DNA of 64,000 nt from Nitrosopumilus sp. (GCA_965203315.1 OZ241857.1:864001-928000); one strand, 5' to 3'. Shown: positions 9,590 to 21,078, counted from the first letter of the stretch. The notes: generated by a model from the sequence alone, not told the origin. Numbers and translations: made by a program.

Positions 9590-10569
9590 AACATCATCAA
9601 CGCCGTAATTATGGCAAGACCTCCTGAAAATATACAGAGTTTGTAGACTGCCATACCCAGTTGACGTTCTGTTAGTGGTCCTCCTCTAAGAATCAGGCGC
9701 ACTAGTGATACAGGAGCGTTTGGATCGTCGGTTGCGCGTAGCAATAGATCTCTACCAAAGGTTACGCCTGCGCCTCCAGCCTTTTTGTACTCGACTATAC
9801 GTTTTACACTAGATAGAAATAGAAACGAGTTAAAGATTGCAGGAAGTAGTGCTACTGCTGCAACGATCTCGACTCCACCATAGATTGCAATGGCGCCGTA
9901 CATTGCTCCAAACAAGAGAGCTCCAGAATCGCCAGGAAATATTCTAGTAGGAATCTTGTGATATCTATAAAACGCAACTGATATCATTACAAGAAGTAGA
10001 GATGCAGATGCAATCTCATAGTTTTGTACAATTACTAGAGATATCGTTACCGCAGAGCCAGAGATTATCATAACCATGCTTGCTATTCCATTGGCAACAT
10101 CGATCGAGTTTATAGTATTTCCGAGAACCACTATCATCATCACGATCAGTCCGACATACAATAGCGGAATTTGAACCATCCCAAATAGTGGAAAGACTAG
10201 ATTGGTATCATATGCACCTATCAACAGTATCGGAACAGCAGCTACCGCCAAACCGATCGGCTTGAACCATCCCGTCATAGGTCTCCTATCATCGACATAT
10301 CCGACAACAAATGCGGCTATGGTTGTAAACAGTATCCCGAGAATAGCATCTAGTTGTAAAAATGCATAAAGAATGATCCCTGACGTAACAACTCCACCAA
10401 GTAGAGAGATACCTCCAGGTCTTGGCACCATGACCTTACCTGCCTTGTGAACGTCAGGTACTGTCATGTCTCGGGCTGTCAGATATTTGATCAGAGGAGA
10501 AGTAGTTACATAGACCGCACCAAATGCTACTGCGCTAGACAACATTGCATAATATAGCATGTCGATCAA
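9586..10569 (-). CDS. UDP-GlcNAc:dolichol-phosphate GlcNAc-1-P transferase (MraY/GT4 family)
   Basis: VPRPGG, GYVDD, NTINSIDVANG and IFPGDSG motifs; multi-TM. Confidence 0.9.
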   Translation of the reverse strand: MIDMLYYAMLSSAVAFGAVYVTTSPLIKYLTARDMTVPDVHKAGKVMVPRPGGISLLGGVVTSGIILYAFLQLDAILGILFTTIAAFVVGYVDDRRPMTGWFKPIGLAVAAVPILLIGAYDTNLVFPLFGMVQIPLLYVGLIVMMIVVLGNTINSIDVANGIASMVMIISGSAVTISLVIVQNYEIASASLLLVMISVAFYRYHKIPTRIFPGDSGALLFGAMYGAIAIYGGVEIVAAVALLPAIFNSFLFLSSVKRIVEYKKAGGAGVTFGRDLLLRATDDPNAPVSLVRLILRGGPLTERQLGMAVYKLCIFSGGLAIITALMML

Positions 10570-10571
10570 GA

Positions 10572-12686
10572 CTATCGTACTCGTTGTGCAGATACTTTTA
10601 ACTTGTCTGCAAGTTTTGGTCCAATCTTGTCAATCTTGGCAAGTTTAGTTGCAGGTGTACGTCCGAGAGCAGTAGCAGTCTTTATTCCACTTTTGTGTAA
10701 TTTGCGGGCACGTGCTCGTCCTATTCCTTTGACTCTGACTAGATCTAGTAGATCAGACTTTATCCCATATTTGATTCTCGTTCGTAAAACATCAAGCTCT
10801 TCTAGTAGATCACCACGATCTATATGCTTTGAGAGCTCTCGCATACAATAGAACAGCCAATCGGCATTCTCTACCATACGATACATGTCACCGGATTCGA
10901 GACCAAGGCTGTCAGATATTTTAGTATAACTAGACTCGTTTATCCACTCATTCAAGGCAATCAGGCTACGCGAATACTCGCCACGTATATCAATCGCTTC
11001 ATCGCGTATCTTAGGATGCAGTTCGCTCAATAGAGAGTAATCTTTTTCACGTAGGTAAAAGTTTGGAAAGAACTCGACAGCTTGAGTCACTAAATGTAGA
11101 TAACTGAGTGTATGAGATCGTTTAGACGATACACTCTCCAGTGCAGTTTTGAATTGAGTAGCAGTCTCGGGATCAATATACAACTTTACAACCTCATTTC
11201 CAAACTCTGTGGCAGCATATCGATCTCTCTTCTCTATCAACATCTCTTGATCGATTAGAGATCGCAGTGCCAAATCTAGGCTAAATCTTAGCGTCGTTTT
11301 AGGTATCTGTGATCCACCAAGTGTATGCGAAAAGAACTCGATCAACTCATCATGTGTGATACCAGGTTTGGTAGAGACTACTGCAAGTGTATGAACTCGT
11401 AGTGCACGATCACTAGTTATTGCAGACTCTATAGGCTCTGGTGTGCCATCTACATATCTATCATAGACTTCATCGATGGTATAGTTGGTAGCTATTATCG
11501 ACTCGCCGAGTTTGTCATATTGTGGTCTACCTGCTCGTCCACAGAGCTGTTTGTACTCGAGAACACTTATTGGGGCATTGATTCCAATCTTTGCATCATA
11601 TCGGGTAACACTAGATACGACTACACGTCTTGCAGGAAGATTTACTCCGGCTGCTAGAGTAGGAGTAGACGTCAAGAGTTTTATCGTCCCTCTACGAAAC
11701 TCGTCTTCGACTATTGTACGACAGTTTTGGTTTAGTCCCGCGTGATGAAATGCGACTCCTTTTTTGATCACATCTGCAAGAGTCTTTACGAGTTCAGTGT
11801 TCTCATTATCAGAGAGAATCTTGGATGATACCTTGGCTAGTCGTACTGTATCGTCAGTAGACAATAGCCGTTCTACTGCGCTAGTGGCCTTTACGGCAAG
11901 AGACTTTGAACGTGGTCGCGTAGCTGCAAACACCAACGACTGTCCACCATCAACTACACATTCAAGACCAAGATCGATAGCTAGTCCTCTGCTGCTAGTA
12001 GGTATGTCAAACTCTTGTCCGTTATTCATCACAACATGACCTCCACTACATACACCTTCAGCTAGTGGAACAGGTCGCCAGTCATTCTCAACTAATTTGC
12101 AACCTAGCCATCTTGCAATCTCGCCCGAGTTTGTAACTGTGGCGCTGAGACCGACTATTTGTGGTCTCGAATCGAGTCTCATCAGTTGTGTAAGAACCAT
12201 CTCCAGAGTGGGACCACGAGTCTCATCACCGATCAAGTGAATCTCGTCTGCTATTACCAATCCGATATTATCTATCCATTCATCACCGCGTCTGATCATC
12301 GAGTCCATCTTTTCGTTTGTAAGTACCAAGATGCTACGACTCTTGAGACCTCGAGCTGCTCGATCATAGTCACCCATGGATACACCAACCTTGAATCTGG
12401 TAGAGACTTGCTCTAGTTTTTTAAACTCGTGAAACTTTTCAGTTGCGAGTGCTCGTAGTGGGCTAAGATATACCACTGTACCGTTAGTCTTTGAGAGATA
12501 ACCCATAATCGCAAGCATTGCAATCAACGTCTTGCCACTAGCTGTTGGTGCAGATACCAAGAGACTCTTGCCGTCTAGTAGACCAGACTTTATGCTATCT
12601 GCTTGTGGTGGATACAACTTTGTGAATCCTTGAGATTTTAGAAAAGATATTGCAGACTCTGAGAGGTCGAGTTTGTCTATGTTCAT
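10572..12686 (-). CDS. hel308: Ski2-like DNA helicase Hel308/Hjm
   Basis: APTASGKT, DEIH, FHHAGL, GRAGRP and C-terminal HhH. Confidence 0.93.
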   Translation of the reverse strand: MNIDKLDLSESAISFLKSQGFTKLYPPQADSIKSGLLDGKSLLVSAPTASGKTLIAMLAIMGYLSKTNGTVVYLSPLRALATEKFHEFKKLEQVSTRFKVGVSMGDYDRAARGLKSRSILVLTNEKMDSMIRRGDEWIDNIGLVIADEIHLIGDETRGPTLEMVLTQLMRLDSRPQIVGLSATVTNSGEIARWLGCKLVENDWRPVPLAEGVCSGGHVVMNNGQEFDIPTSSRGLAIDLGLECVVDGGQSLVFAATRPRSKSLAVKATSAVERLLSTDDTVRLAKVSSKILSDNENTELVKTLADVIKKGVAFHHAGLNQNCRTIVEDEFRRGTIKLLTSTPTLAAGVNLPARRVVVSSVTRYDAKIGINAPISVLEYKQLCGRAGRPQYDKLGESIIATNYTIDEVYDRYVDGTPEPIESAITSDRALRVHTLAVVSTKPGITHDELIEFFSHTLGGSQIPKTTLRFSLDLALRSLIDQEMLIEKRDRYAATEFGNEVVKLYIDPETATQFKTALESVSSKRSHTLSYLHLVTQAVEFFPNFYLREKDYSLLSELHPKIRDEAIDIRGEYSRSLIALNEWINESSYTKISDSLGLESGDMYRMVENADWLFYCMRELSKHIDRGDLLEELDVLRTRIKYGIKSDLLDLVRVKGIGRARARKLHKSGIKTATALGRTPATKLAKIDKIGPKLADKLKVSAQRVR

Positions 12687-14770
12687 ACTCTATTATAGTG
12701 ACCAGATTTTGGCTCATAAATAGTTCCTTCTTTTATCATCCGCTGGATATAGTTGTGAGCATCATCTTTGGTAAACTTTTCGGTCTTTTCAAGTTCGTCT
12801 ACTAGTTTACGCTCCTCTACAGGTATCTTGTTATCTCCCTCCATGCCTTTTAGTACATCCATGAAGAGCTGCATCCTAGAGACTTCACTTCGAGGTTTAC
12901 CGTGCAGTACACCTAGATCAACCTCTCCAGTATTTACGTCGACTCCGGCACCTTTGAGCATATTCTCTATTAGAAATATCGCTCGTTCTGCGTCCTCCTC
13001 TTCAACCTTGTCTTTCATCAGCAGACGTGCTCTAGCAGTAGACAGCCTGATGATTCCCTCTAGTTGACGAGGAGTGACGGTTATCATATCATCAGAGTCT
13101 ACGGTGCGCATCTTGAGATAGTACTCGATTATCTGATTCTTTGCAGCATCTGTCAGATCAGGTGTACCACGCTTTGCATATGCGAGATATTTAGTGAGCA
13201 TGTCTACATCGATGGGTGGACGCTTGATTATTCCTAGCGGAGTATGTAGATCTATGATATGTCTAGCAATCAGTTGATCGCGTTCTCGTCCTGCGACATC
13301 ACGAACCACAAAGATCAGATCAAATCTAGTCAATAGAGGGATCGGTATATTGATGTTCTCTGTAATGTTTTTGAATATATCGTACTTGCCATACATTGGG
13401 TTAGCTGCTGCCAAGATCGATGTTCGTGCATTAAGCGTCGCAACGATGCCACCCTTTGCAATACTTGCAGACTGTTGTTCCATCACTTCATGTAGTGCAG
13501 AACGATCTTCTGGTTTCATCTTGTCAAACTCGTCTATACTCACTAGACCCTGATCTCCTAGAACTACAGCTCCTGCCTCCAACATCATCATACCTGTTTT
13601 GTCTCGAACCACTGCTGCAGTTAGTCCAGCTGCTGTAGAGCCACGACCAGAGGTGTATAGACCACGCGGAGCTATACGTGAACAAAACTTTAGCATCTCA
13701 CTCTTTGCAGTACCTGGATCACCTACAAGAAAGATGTTGATATCACCTCGAATCTTACTGCCATCACCAAGAGAACGTTGATTGGATCCAACTATCAACA
13801 GCAAGATAGACTCTTTGATGATATCATGTCCGTGTATATGAGGTGCAAAAGAGTCGATCAGATCTTTATAAATCTCAGATCTACGAGATAGTGACTTTAT
13901 TATTTTTTCTTCCTCAGGAGATATCTCTTCACGTTCGATCTTGCGTGATGTCTTGGAGCCTCGTCCTCCAAGAAACTCGATATTGTTTCCTTCTATTCGT
14001 AGTCTGTATAAACTGCTATGTCCTCGGGTTACTCCTGTGACAGACTCTTGTTCTACACGCACTATTCCAGTCAGAGCTATTCTGTCGCCTGGTCTTGCGT
14101 TATCAACCAGATCCTGTCGTATAGTAATGTCAACATAATGAGGGAGTTGTCCCGGCGGTAGATCTTCTGGAAGCTCTTGTAGTCTGAGTATCTGAAAGTC
14201 GATAAACTTGCTCTCCTCTGGCTTTAGTTCAAACTCACGTAACTTACATTTTGGATTGTCACAAAGCGCAGGAGTCTTGACATCCATCCCCTTTATCTGA
14301 ACAACTTTGGTGATATGACCATCACCACATTTGAATACCAACTCTTTTGCAAGTGGTTTTACTTCAGATGCGCGTACAACCATTCCAGAGACAGATGTGA
14401 TTGTACCAATAGTCTCTGCATTGATCTGTCTAAGACTACGCTCTAGTGGAAAGTTTGCCAGTCTTACACGAATCTCATCCTTTATCTTTTCTGCATAATC
14501 AGGAAATCTTATCTGCAGTACCTCTTTGATTGCACGTGAGAATGCCGCAAGAATTTCATCGGGATTGGTAGTGAACATTGATGCAATCTCTTCTGTAAAG
14601 ACCAAGTCATTATAATCAACTACAATATATTTAGAGTTCTTGGGCATCATTGCATCTATTGCATCAATATACTTGTAGTCCCCCGATCTATCTTTGAATC
14701 GATTGAGAAATTCTTTCACCCTATCCGACAGTGCCGAGTCGGTATAGGCATCAGCTTGTTTTACGCTCAT
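12683..14770 (-). CDS. mcm: MCM replicative helicase
   Basis: GDPGTAKS, IDEFDKM, TRFD; no intein. Confidence 0.97.
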   Translation of the reverse strand: MSVKQADAYTDSALSDRVKEFLNRFKDRSGDYKYIDAIDAMMPKNSKYIVVDYNDLVFTEEIASMFTTNPDEILAAFSRAIKEVLQIRFPDYAEKIKDEIRVRLANFPLERSLRQINAETIGTITSVSGMVVRASEVKPLAKELVFKCGDGHITKVVQIKGMDVKTPALCDNPKCKLREFELKPEESKFIDFQILRLQELPEDLPPGQLPHYVDITIRQDLVDNARPGDRIALTGIVRVEQESVTGVTRGHSSLYRLRIEGNNIEFLGGRGSKTSRKIEREEISPEEEKIIKSLSRRSEIYKDLIDSFAPHIHGHDIIKESILLLIVGSNQRSLGDGSKIRGDINIFLVGDPGTAKSEMLKFCSRIAPRGLYTSGRGSTAAGLTAAVVRDKTGMMMLEAGAVVLGDQGLVSIDEFDKMKPEDRSALHEVMEQQSASIAKGGIVATLNARTSILAAANPMYGKYDIFKNITENINIPIPLLTRFDLIFVVRDVAGRERDQLIARHIIDLHTPLGIIKRPPIDVDMLTKYLAYAKRGTPDLTDAAKNQIIEYYLKMRTVDSDDMITVTPRQLEGIIRLSTARARLLMKDKVEEEDAERAIFLIENMLKGAGVDVNTGEVDLGVLHGKPRSEVSRMQLFMDVLKGMEGDNKIPVEERKLVDELEKTEKFTKDDAHNYIQRMIKEGTIYEPKSGHYNRV

Positions 14771-15281
14771 CTCGCTTACCTTTTATCTGTCGTTCGAACT
14801 CTAAGATACTGTCGCGTATAGATTGGTAGAATGTGATCTCTTCGATTGCGAGTTTGTTGTATAGATCAGCGTTCAGATTTGTGGTATCGGCCATCTTTAT
14901 CAGCTTGCCACGCCTCATTCGAAAGAGTTCAAGCATCATACTCTCAGTTCGGTCATAGTCATAACGATCGAGTGTACTCATCTCGACCTTGAGTTGAATG
15001 TAAAAATGTGGATATAGTGTTGCAAGTTTGTACTCGCCGATCATCTTCTCTTTTGATAATGCCTGCTTGAGTTCAGATATCATGTCAGGCAACTCTAACG
15101 TAACATAGTTTTTGTCTTGGAGGATCCTTCCTATCCATTGTGGTGCATTGATCACCTCGCCCTCTGATCCCTTGATCTTTATACCGGCGACATCGATCTT
15201 GATGTCACGGTTTAGCGTTGTCTTGACCTCCTTTAGACTATACCCTATAGAATGAATACTTTCAGCATCGATTATCTCCAT
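14751..15281 (-). CDS. GINS complex subunit (Gins23)
   Basis: Directly upstream of and overlapping mcm; RRGKLIKMA motif. Confidence 0.85.
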   Translation of the reverse strand: MEIIDAESIHSIGYSLKEVKTTLNRDIKIDVAGIKIKGSEGEVINAPQWIGRILQDKNYVTLELPDMISELKQALSKEKMIGEYKLATLYPHFYIQLKVEMSTLDRYDYDRTESMMLELFRMRRGKLIKMADTTNLNADLYNKLAIEEITFYQSIRDSILEFERQIKGKRDERKTS

Positions 15282-15679
15282 ACATGGACGTCAAGTTGTA
15301 CAATTTTGGTGTACAAACATTCAATAAATTAGCTAAAGACATAAAAATCATTATACAGACATTTAGTAGCAAGTAATCAAATATTACGGAGACATACATT
15401 ATACTTTATTGTACGGTAACCTATATTAAAACATGGTGATTGTCGGTTCTGCGTATCTTTTGGGCTGAGAATTTGATAAAGTATGCAATATTACTATTGG
15501 CTTTGCATACTGTTCACGTCATCAGAATCCTCAAGATCGGCGACCTCCTCCACTCAGTCAATTCACAAATCTGTTGGATAACAAAAGCTTTTTGCCCATC
15601 ATTTAACAGATTTCGAATGTTGAACTTGTATGTGGTTTAAAGATCATTCGGTGGTGCCAGATAACCAATTGTCAAAGCT

Positions 15680-16924
15680 CAGACATCGCAAAAGTAACTA
15701 TAATTTAACCAAAAGATCAAAAATATCGATCAAACAAAGTCAATAAGGATTGCATGTCTCAGGAATCTAATGCGCAAACAATCAGACTCGCTGAGACAAG
15801 CAGTATCTAGAAACCGTTCTACTTATAGATATATTTTCATAAACGCTATGGATCAGATACCATTCAAAGTATCTAATTATCACAATGCCAAATACACAAA
15901 ATGGGACGGACTCAAGATCATCATAGATGCGGCAGTAGCAAACAAATCTCCTGCTGATCGTTCCAGATTGATCAGAGATAGTGATGGTTATGCACCTACA
16001 GGCGAATGGATTAGGAAGAGGATCGAAGAGACGTGTGAGAAACCGATAGATGAGATATTCAAGTATGCCGTGACGCAACACCTGTCAGAGCTAAAACGGC
16101 TTGGTCGCTTTCCTCGACATCCTATCATTGGAGTAGACAGAACGAGTTTTTCAAGATATGATAAAGATAATCCAGATCTGATTAAGGGTAGAGCGAAAGA
16201 TGGTACGACTGTATTTGAGACACACATCTCTGCACAGCTGGTCAACCCCGGCACAAGACTTGTTTTATCTACATTTTCAGTCAAAAAAGGGGAAAAAATG
16301 CTGATTTTATGCCTAAAATTGTAGATTTTTACGAAATAAACTCTACAAGACCAGCGCTGTTTGTTGCCGATCGTGGGTTTTATTCAGTTGCTATGATCAA
16401 ATTCTTGAATGGAACTAGACACAAATATCTGATGCCATGCGTAAACACTTCTGGCATAAAAAAAGCAATAGAGGAATACAAACGAGGAGAACGAGTTAGA
16501 GTGTCAAAATATGTAATAAAGAACAACAAGGATCAAGCAGGATGTTACATCATAATAACTCGTGACAGAGATGACCCAGAAGAGTATAGAGCATTTGCAA
16601 CAAATGATCCAAATATTGATCTAGAGAAATATCGCGATCGTTGGGAGATTGAGAATGGATTCAAATTTACTCGAAATATGCGTGTTAGAACTCACAGTAG
16701 ATCAACACCGTGTAGAACATACATGTTCATGTCTGCACAAATGTTGCTAAACTTGTGGACTATATTCAATCTTGTATTGTTGGTTGAAGGTATCACATCT
16801 CACAAGATGTACCAAAGCTTGTTTCTTAAAACAGTGCAAACATTGATCGAGATCCCACCTGAGCCTCCGCCTGAGCCGATTGCACCCTAGATGCCAAAAT
16901 TTACACGTACATTTGCGATGTCTG
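15680..16924 (+). mobile_element. ISH3-type insertion sequence (IS4-like)
   Basis: 13-bp TIR CAGACATCGCAAA / TTTGCGATGTCTG; 5-bp TSD AAGCT at 15675-15679 and 16925-16929. Confidence 0.9.
15770..16890 (+). pseudogene. ISH3-type DDE transposase split by a -1 frameshift
   Basis: ORFs 15770-16324 (IIGVDRT) and 16309-16890 (VADRGFY, YRDRWEIENGFK) join at the A6G4A6 tract near 16283-16298. Confidence 0.85.
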
Positions 16925-17022
16925 AAGCTCCTTATCAGTAACAAGAATCAGAGTCAATTAGGCCACTCAAAAACTTGTGTTGCAAAATATAATGTAAGAG
17001 GTCTTCTTCAAATGATGAAATT

Positions 17023-17748
17023 TTATTGGAATCGATTGTGATCAGATTGGTCTCTATGCTTCACTAGTTCAGTCAGCTCTTTAATCGCATCTAACATATG
17101 TTTATTTTCTCTTCGCAACATATCTAATTCAGCAACAGCGTCTTGAATATTTGTAAACGTAACCATTTTATACCAAAAATCTGCATATTTATGAAATGTG
17201 TTAACTAGTACGTCAACACTTGCGTCAGACAATCCGTTTTCTGAACATAATTGTTTAACATAATCATCAGAAATGCTACGCCGTTGTAACTGATTCATGT
17301 AGTTGCTTGAAAAGTCTCCAAAACATTGAATGAAGTCTACAGTTACGTCATATTTTTTGGCCAATTCATCTAGAGAAATTTGCTTTATCCACATATCGTT
17401 CATAATATTTGGGATGTTTTCTTGAAAATTTTTGTCAGAAATTTTTGCCAATATACTTATTTCATATTGAACAGTAGGTGCTTGTTTTATGACTGCACTA
17501 ACTAATAATCTAGCATAAGCCTCTTCCATTCCCAATTGGAAGAGTTTGTCGCCTATAGTAGTTTCGTGGTGCTTAGAAATATCATTACGTATTGCGTCTA
17601 GTATTGGTAACATCCTATTCAATAATTCGTTGTGGTCATACACATAACCGAGATCGGCTACAATTGATGCTTTCTCTTGAGGCGTAAGAGAATTAAAAAA
17701 AGATATTGTCGTCTTGATATTAGATAGATCGCTTCCAAATATACTCAT
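17023..17748 (-). CDS. Hypothetical all-helical protein with C-terminal coiled coil
   Basis: 241-aa ORF, AT-rich, ATGA-coupled to an upstream small ORF. Confidence 0.75.
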   Translation of the reverse strand: MSIFGSDLSNIKTTISFFNSLTPQEKASIVADLGYVYDHNELLNRMLPILDAIRNDISKHHETTIGDKLFQLGMEEAYARLLVSAVIKQAPTVQYEISILAKISDKNFQENIPNIMNDMWIKQISLDELAKKYDVTVDFIQCFGDFSSNYMNQLQRRSISDDYVKQLCSENGLSDASVDVLVNTFHKYADFWYKMVTFTNIQDAVAELDMLRRENKHMLDAIKELTELVKHRDQSDHNRFQ

Positions 17749-17906
17749 ATGTCAAGTACACCATCAATTTTGTCAATCAAACAGTCAATCTTTAATTTAA
17801 ACTCACGTGCGTGATTGATACGAATCTTTTGGGGAGCATATACTGCTAAATTCAAATCATTAAATAATCGCTTTTTGTTTGGATCAAACGCAACAGTTGC
17901 TTTCAT
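17745..17906 (-). CDS. Small hypothetical protein (53 aa)
   Basis: ATG at 17906 with TTTTTAAA box about 25 bp upstream; stop overlaps next start. Confidence 0.5.
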   Translation of the reverse strand: MKATVAFDPNKKRLFNDLNLAVYAPQKIRINHAREFKLKIDCLIDKIDGVLDI

Positions 17907-17957
17907 AATAAGAGTGTATACATCATGTTTAAAAACATTACGGGACAAGGCAGTAGG

Positions 17958-18684
17958 TGTGGGATCCGGAAAGTAGTTCGCCCCTCAGTTGACACGATAT
18001 TCATCTCTTGACGACTCGTCAATAATCGTTCCTTCTCTTGGCATCTTTCTACTAAATGCTTCATGAGGTGCCTCGTACCCACCTTTTCCAAGAGACATGT
18101 GTGGTCGTTCGTAATTGTGGTTGTGTACGAATAGGTCTACTGGATCACTAACTCTGCATAATTGCTTCAAAGGCAATTTACGTTGAACTTCACCGAACCA
18201 TCTCTCTATCTTGCCATTGGTCTGTGGATGTCCAACTCTAGCACGAATGTATTTGGTGCCCAGTTCTATCAGCCACATCTCAAATTTGGATACTCCCTTT
18301 TCTTGACCTCTGACTTGCAGAACTGTGTTTCACGATCAGTGAGTATTGCAGTTGGTTTTCCACGATTTTTGATCGCCTCCTCTAATACTGCAAGTGCGTT
18401 CTCTGTTGTTGCGGGATCAAACACTCCATATCCAACTATAAACCTAAAGCATCGTCTAGATATGCGATTAACCATCTGCCACCACATAGTTTATAGTCAG
18501 CATGCCATAACGAATTAGAGAATTCACGCTCATATTGTACCCATTTGTGTTGTTGATTCTTTTTTGGTTCTCATCCAGATAGACACTCATCTCGTCTTAT
18601 GAATATGTCATGTAAGAACTAGACAAGATGCCTATCAAAGTGACATCTATCAAATGCGGTAGGACGCGTGTCAAGAAACATACA
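17958..18684 (-). pseudogene. IS481-family transposase remnant (multiple frameshifts)
   Basis: YEREFSNSLWHADYK, DDASRFIVGY, ILTDRETQF and HPQTNGKIERWF fragments; TGT...ACA-like ends. Confidence 0.85.
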
Positions 18685-18796
18685 ATTTATGTCAACTGAT
18701 TAAACAGAACCCAATTACCGGTGTCGCTCATGTGAGATAGTTTTGGCATACAAAATCTAAGAATCCTACTAAAATATACAAAAAGGGTTTTGGGAT

Positions 18797-18886
18797 CTAG
18801 TCCCAGCCGCCTTGGCAGTCATTGTCAGCAAATCCAGGTCCACAGGGTTCAAAAGTACTCGCGTTACGATTTACGTTTCTCTTCAC
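18797..18886 (-). CDS. Putative 29-aa peptide MKRNVNRNASTFEPCGPGFADNDCQGGWD
   Basis: GTG start, TTTTATAT box at 18906-18913, T-rich terminator after the stop; GC-richer than its flanks. Confidence 0.5.
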   Translation of the reverse strand: MKRNVNRNASTFEPCGPGFADNDCQGGWD

Positions 18887-19135
18887 GTATTACACTATGC
18901 AGAACATATAAAATTATAGACTAGATTCCCAAATCGTCTGTATGTCATTTGATCATGGAGACATGATAAGGAATCTAGGAAAACAAGCCATATCCCAAAA
19001 CTCTTAAAACATCAGACACATCTCTACAACTTGACAAATCTTTGGTCTCAGAATAAAATCGGATCCAATTCAAATCACAAATATGATGAAACGCTCAACT
19101 CGGATTTATTAGTGGGTTTTTAGTCCAGATATTAA

Positions 19136-20086
19136 ATGTCGGCTAGTGGAATGTGGGTCGAAAAGTATCGACCAAAGGATCTTGGTGACGTAGTAAATCA
19201 GACTGAGATAGTTGGGACACTACAAGCTCTGATAAAAGATCCAACAGATATGCCACACCTGCTCTTCTCTGGATCGGCAGGGGTTGGAAAGACCACGATT
19301 GCATTATGTATAACGAGACAGATCTTGGGCGAGTACACCAAAGACTATACTCTAGAACTCAACGCGTCAGACGAGAGAGGAATAGGGATGGTACGAGAAA
19401 AGGTGAAAAAGTTTTCTAGATATGCAGGAATGGGATCTGCTCCATTCAAGATCATAATACTAGATGAAGCAGACGAGATGACGGCTGATGCACAGACGGC
19501 ACTACGAAGAATAATCGAAGATACCGCAAAGATATGCAGATTCATCTTGATTGCAAATAACGTATCAAAGATAATCGATCCGATTCAGAGTCGATGTGCG
19601 ACTTTTAAATTTACTTCGATTAGTGAAGACGACATTGTGTCTAGGCTAGACATGATTGCAAAAAAAGAGAAGGTAAAGACGGAAAAGAGAGGGCTCAAGG
19701 CCATACATGACTATGCCGGAGGAGATCTGAGACATGCAATAAATCTGTTACAAGCTACAGCTAGCATGGGTGAGATCACCGAAGCGAATGTAAAGTCTGT
19801 TGCAGGACTGACAAAGATCAGTGATGTAGACAAGATTCTAGAGATGGCATTGGCGGGTAAAATATCCGATGCACGAACAAAGATGATCGAGTTGATCAAA
19901 GTGTACGGAATGTCTGAATCGGATTTTTTAAAGTACATCAATGCTGCTGTATTCAAGTCCAAGTTGGAGAACCTAGGCGAGATTTTGGAGATCATTGCAA
20001 AGTACGACTATCGAGTCTTGGTCGGAGCAAACCCCGAGATACAACTAGTTGCAATGCTAGCCGAGATTGGAGCGACAGAGAGATAG
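19136..20086 (+). CDS. rfcS: Replication factor C small subunit
   Basis: WVEKYRP, GVGKTT, ELNASDERG, LDEAD, SRC. Confidence 0.97.
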   Translation: MSASGMWVEKYRPKDLGDVVNQTEIVGTLQALIKDPTDMPHLLFSGSAGVGKTTIALCITRQILGEYTKDYTLELNASDERGIGMVREKVKKFSRYAGMGSAPFKIIILDEADEMTADAQTALRRIIEDTAKICRFILIANNVSKIIDPIQSRCATFKFTSISEDDIVSRLDMIAKKEKVKTEKRGLKAIHDYAGGDLRHAINLLQATASMGEITEANVKSVAGLTKISDVDKILEMALAGKISDARTKMIELIKVYGMSESDFLKYINAAVFKSKLENLGEILEIIAKYDYRVLVGANPEIQLVAMLAEIGATER

Positions 20087-20170
20087 CGCAGAGAGAGGGA
20101 TTTGAACCCCCGTATGCTTGCGCACACAGGCTTTCAAGGCCCGCGCCCTACCGAGCTAGGCGACCTCTGC
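20087..20170 (-). tRNA. tRNA-Ser(TGA)
   Basis: GCAGAGG stem, anticodon loop CTTGAAA, long variable arm, GGTTCAAATCC. Confidence 0.93.
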
Positions 20171-20505
20171 ATAGTACATAGATAGAATCCGATTAAAATT
20201 TGTTGGGATAACGTATCACCAATACAATATACCAACATCTAGACTCTACAATTGGTATGATCGATCAATCTTGATGAACCATACAATAGTCCAGATTGGT
20301 TGTGAATCTAGACGCATCTAGATCGATTGCCCACACAATGAATCGAAGAGACTGTAAAGTCCAAACCACGAGATACATATCAGATATGACTCTAGTTGTG
20401 TGTAGAATCGAGGATCTGGTAAAGATAATGTCATTGTCATAATCTACCAACAGATCCAGTACACAAATAGAGTGTATTCAAAATAGGAAAAGAAAAAAGA
20501 GAGAG

Positions 20506-21078
<573 letters not shown>

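Noticed and set aside
15300-15679. Gene disrupted by the ISH3 element
   Set aside because: Joining the flanks gave no long or recognisable reading frame in the frames checked
18787-18890. GC-rich patch as SRP or RNase P RNA
   Set aside because: Too short and lacking recognisable conserved helices; a small ORF explains it better, though an ncRNA is not excluded
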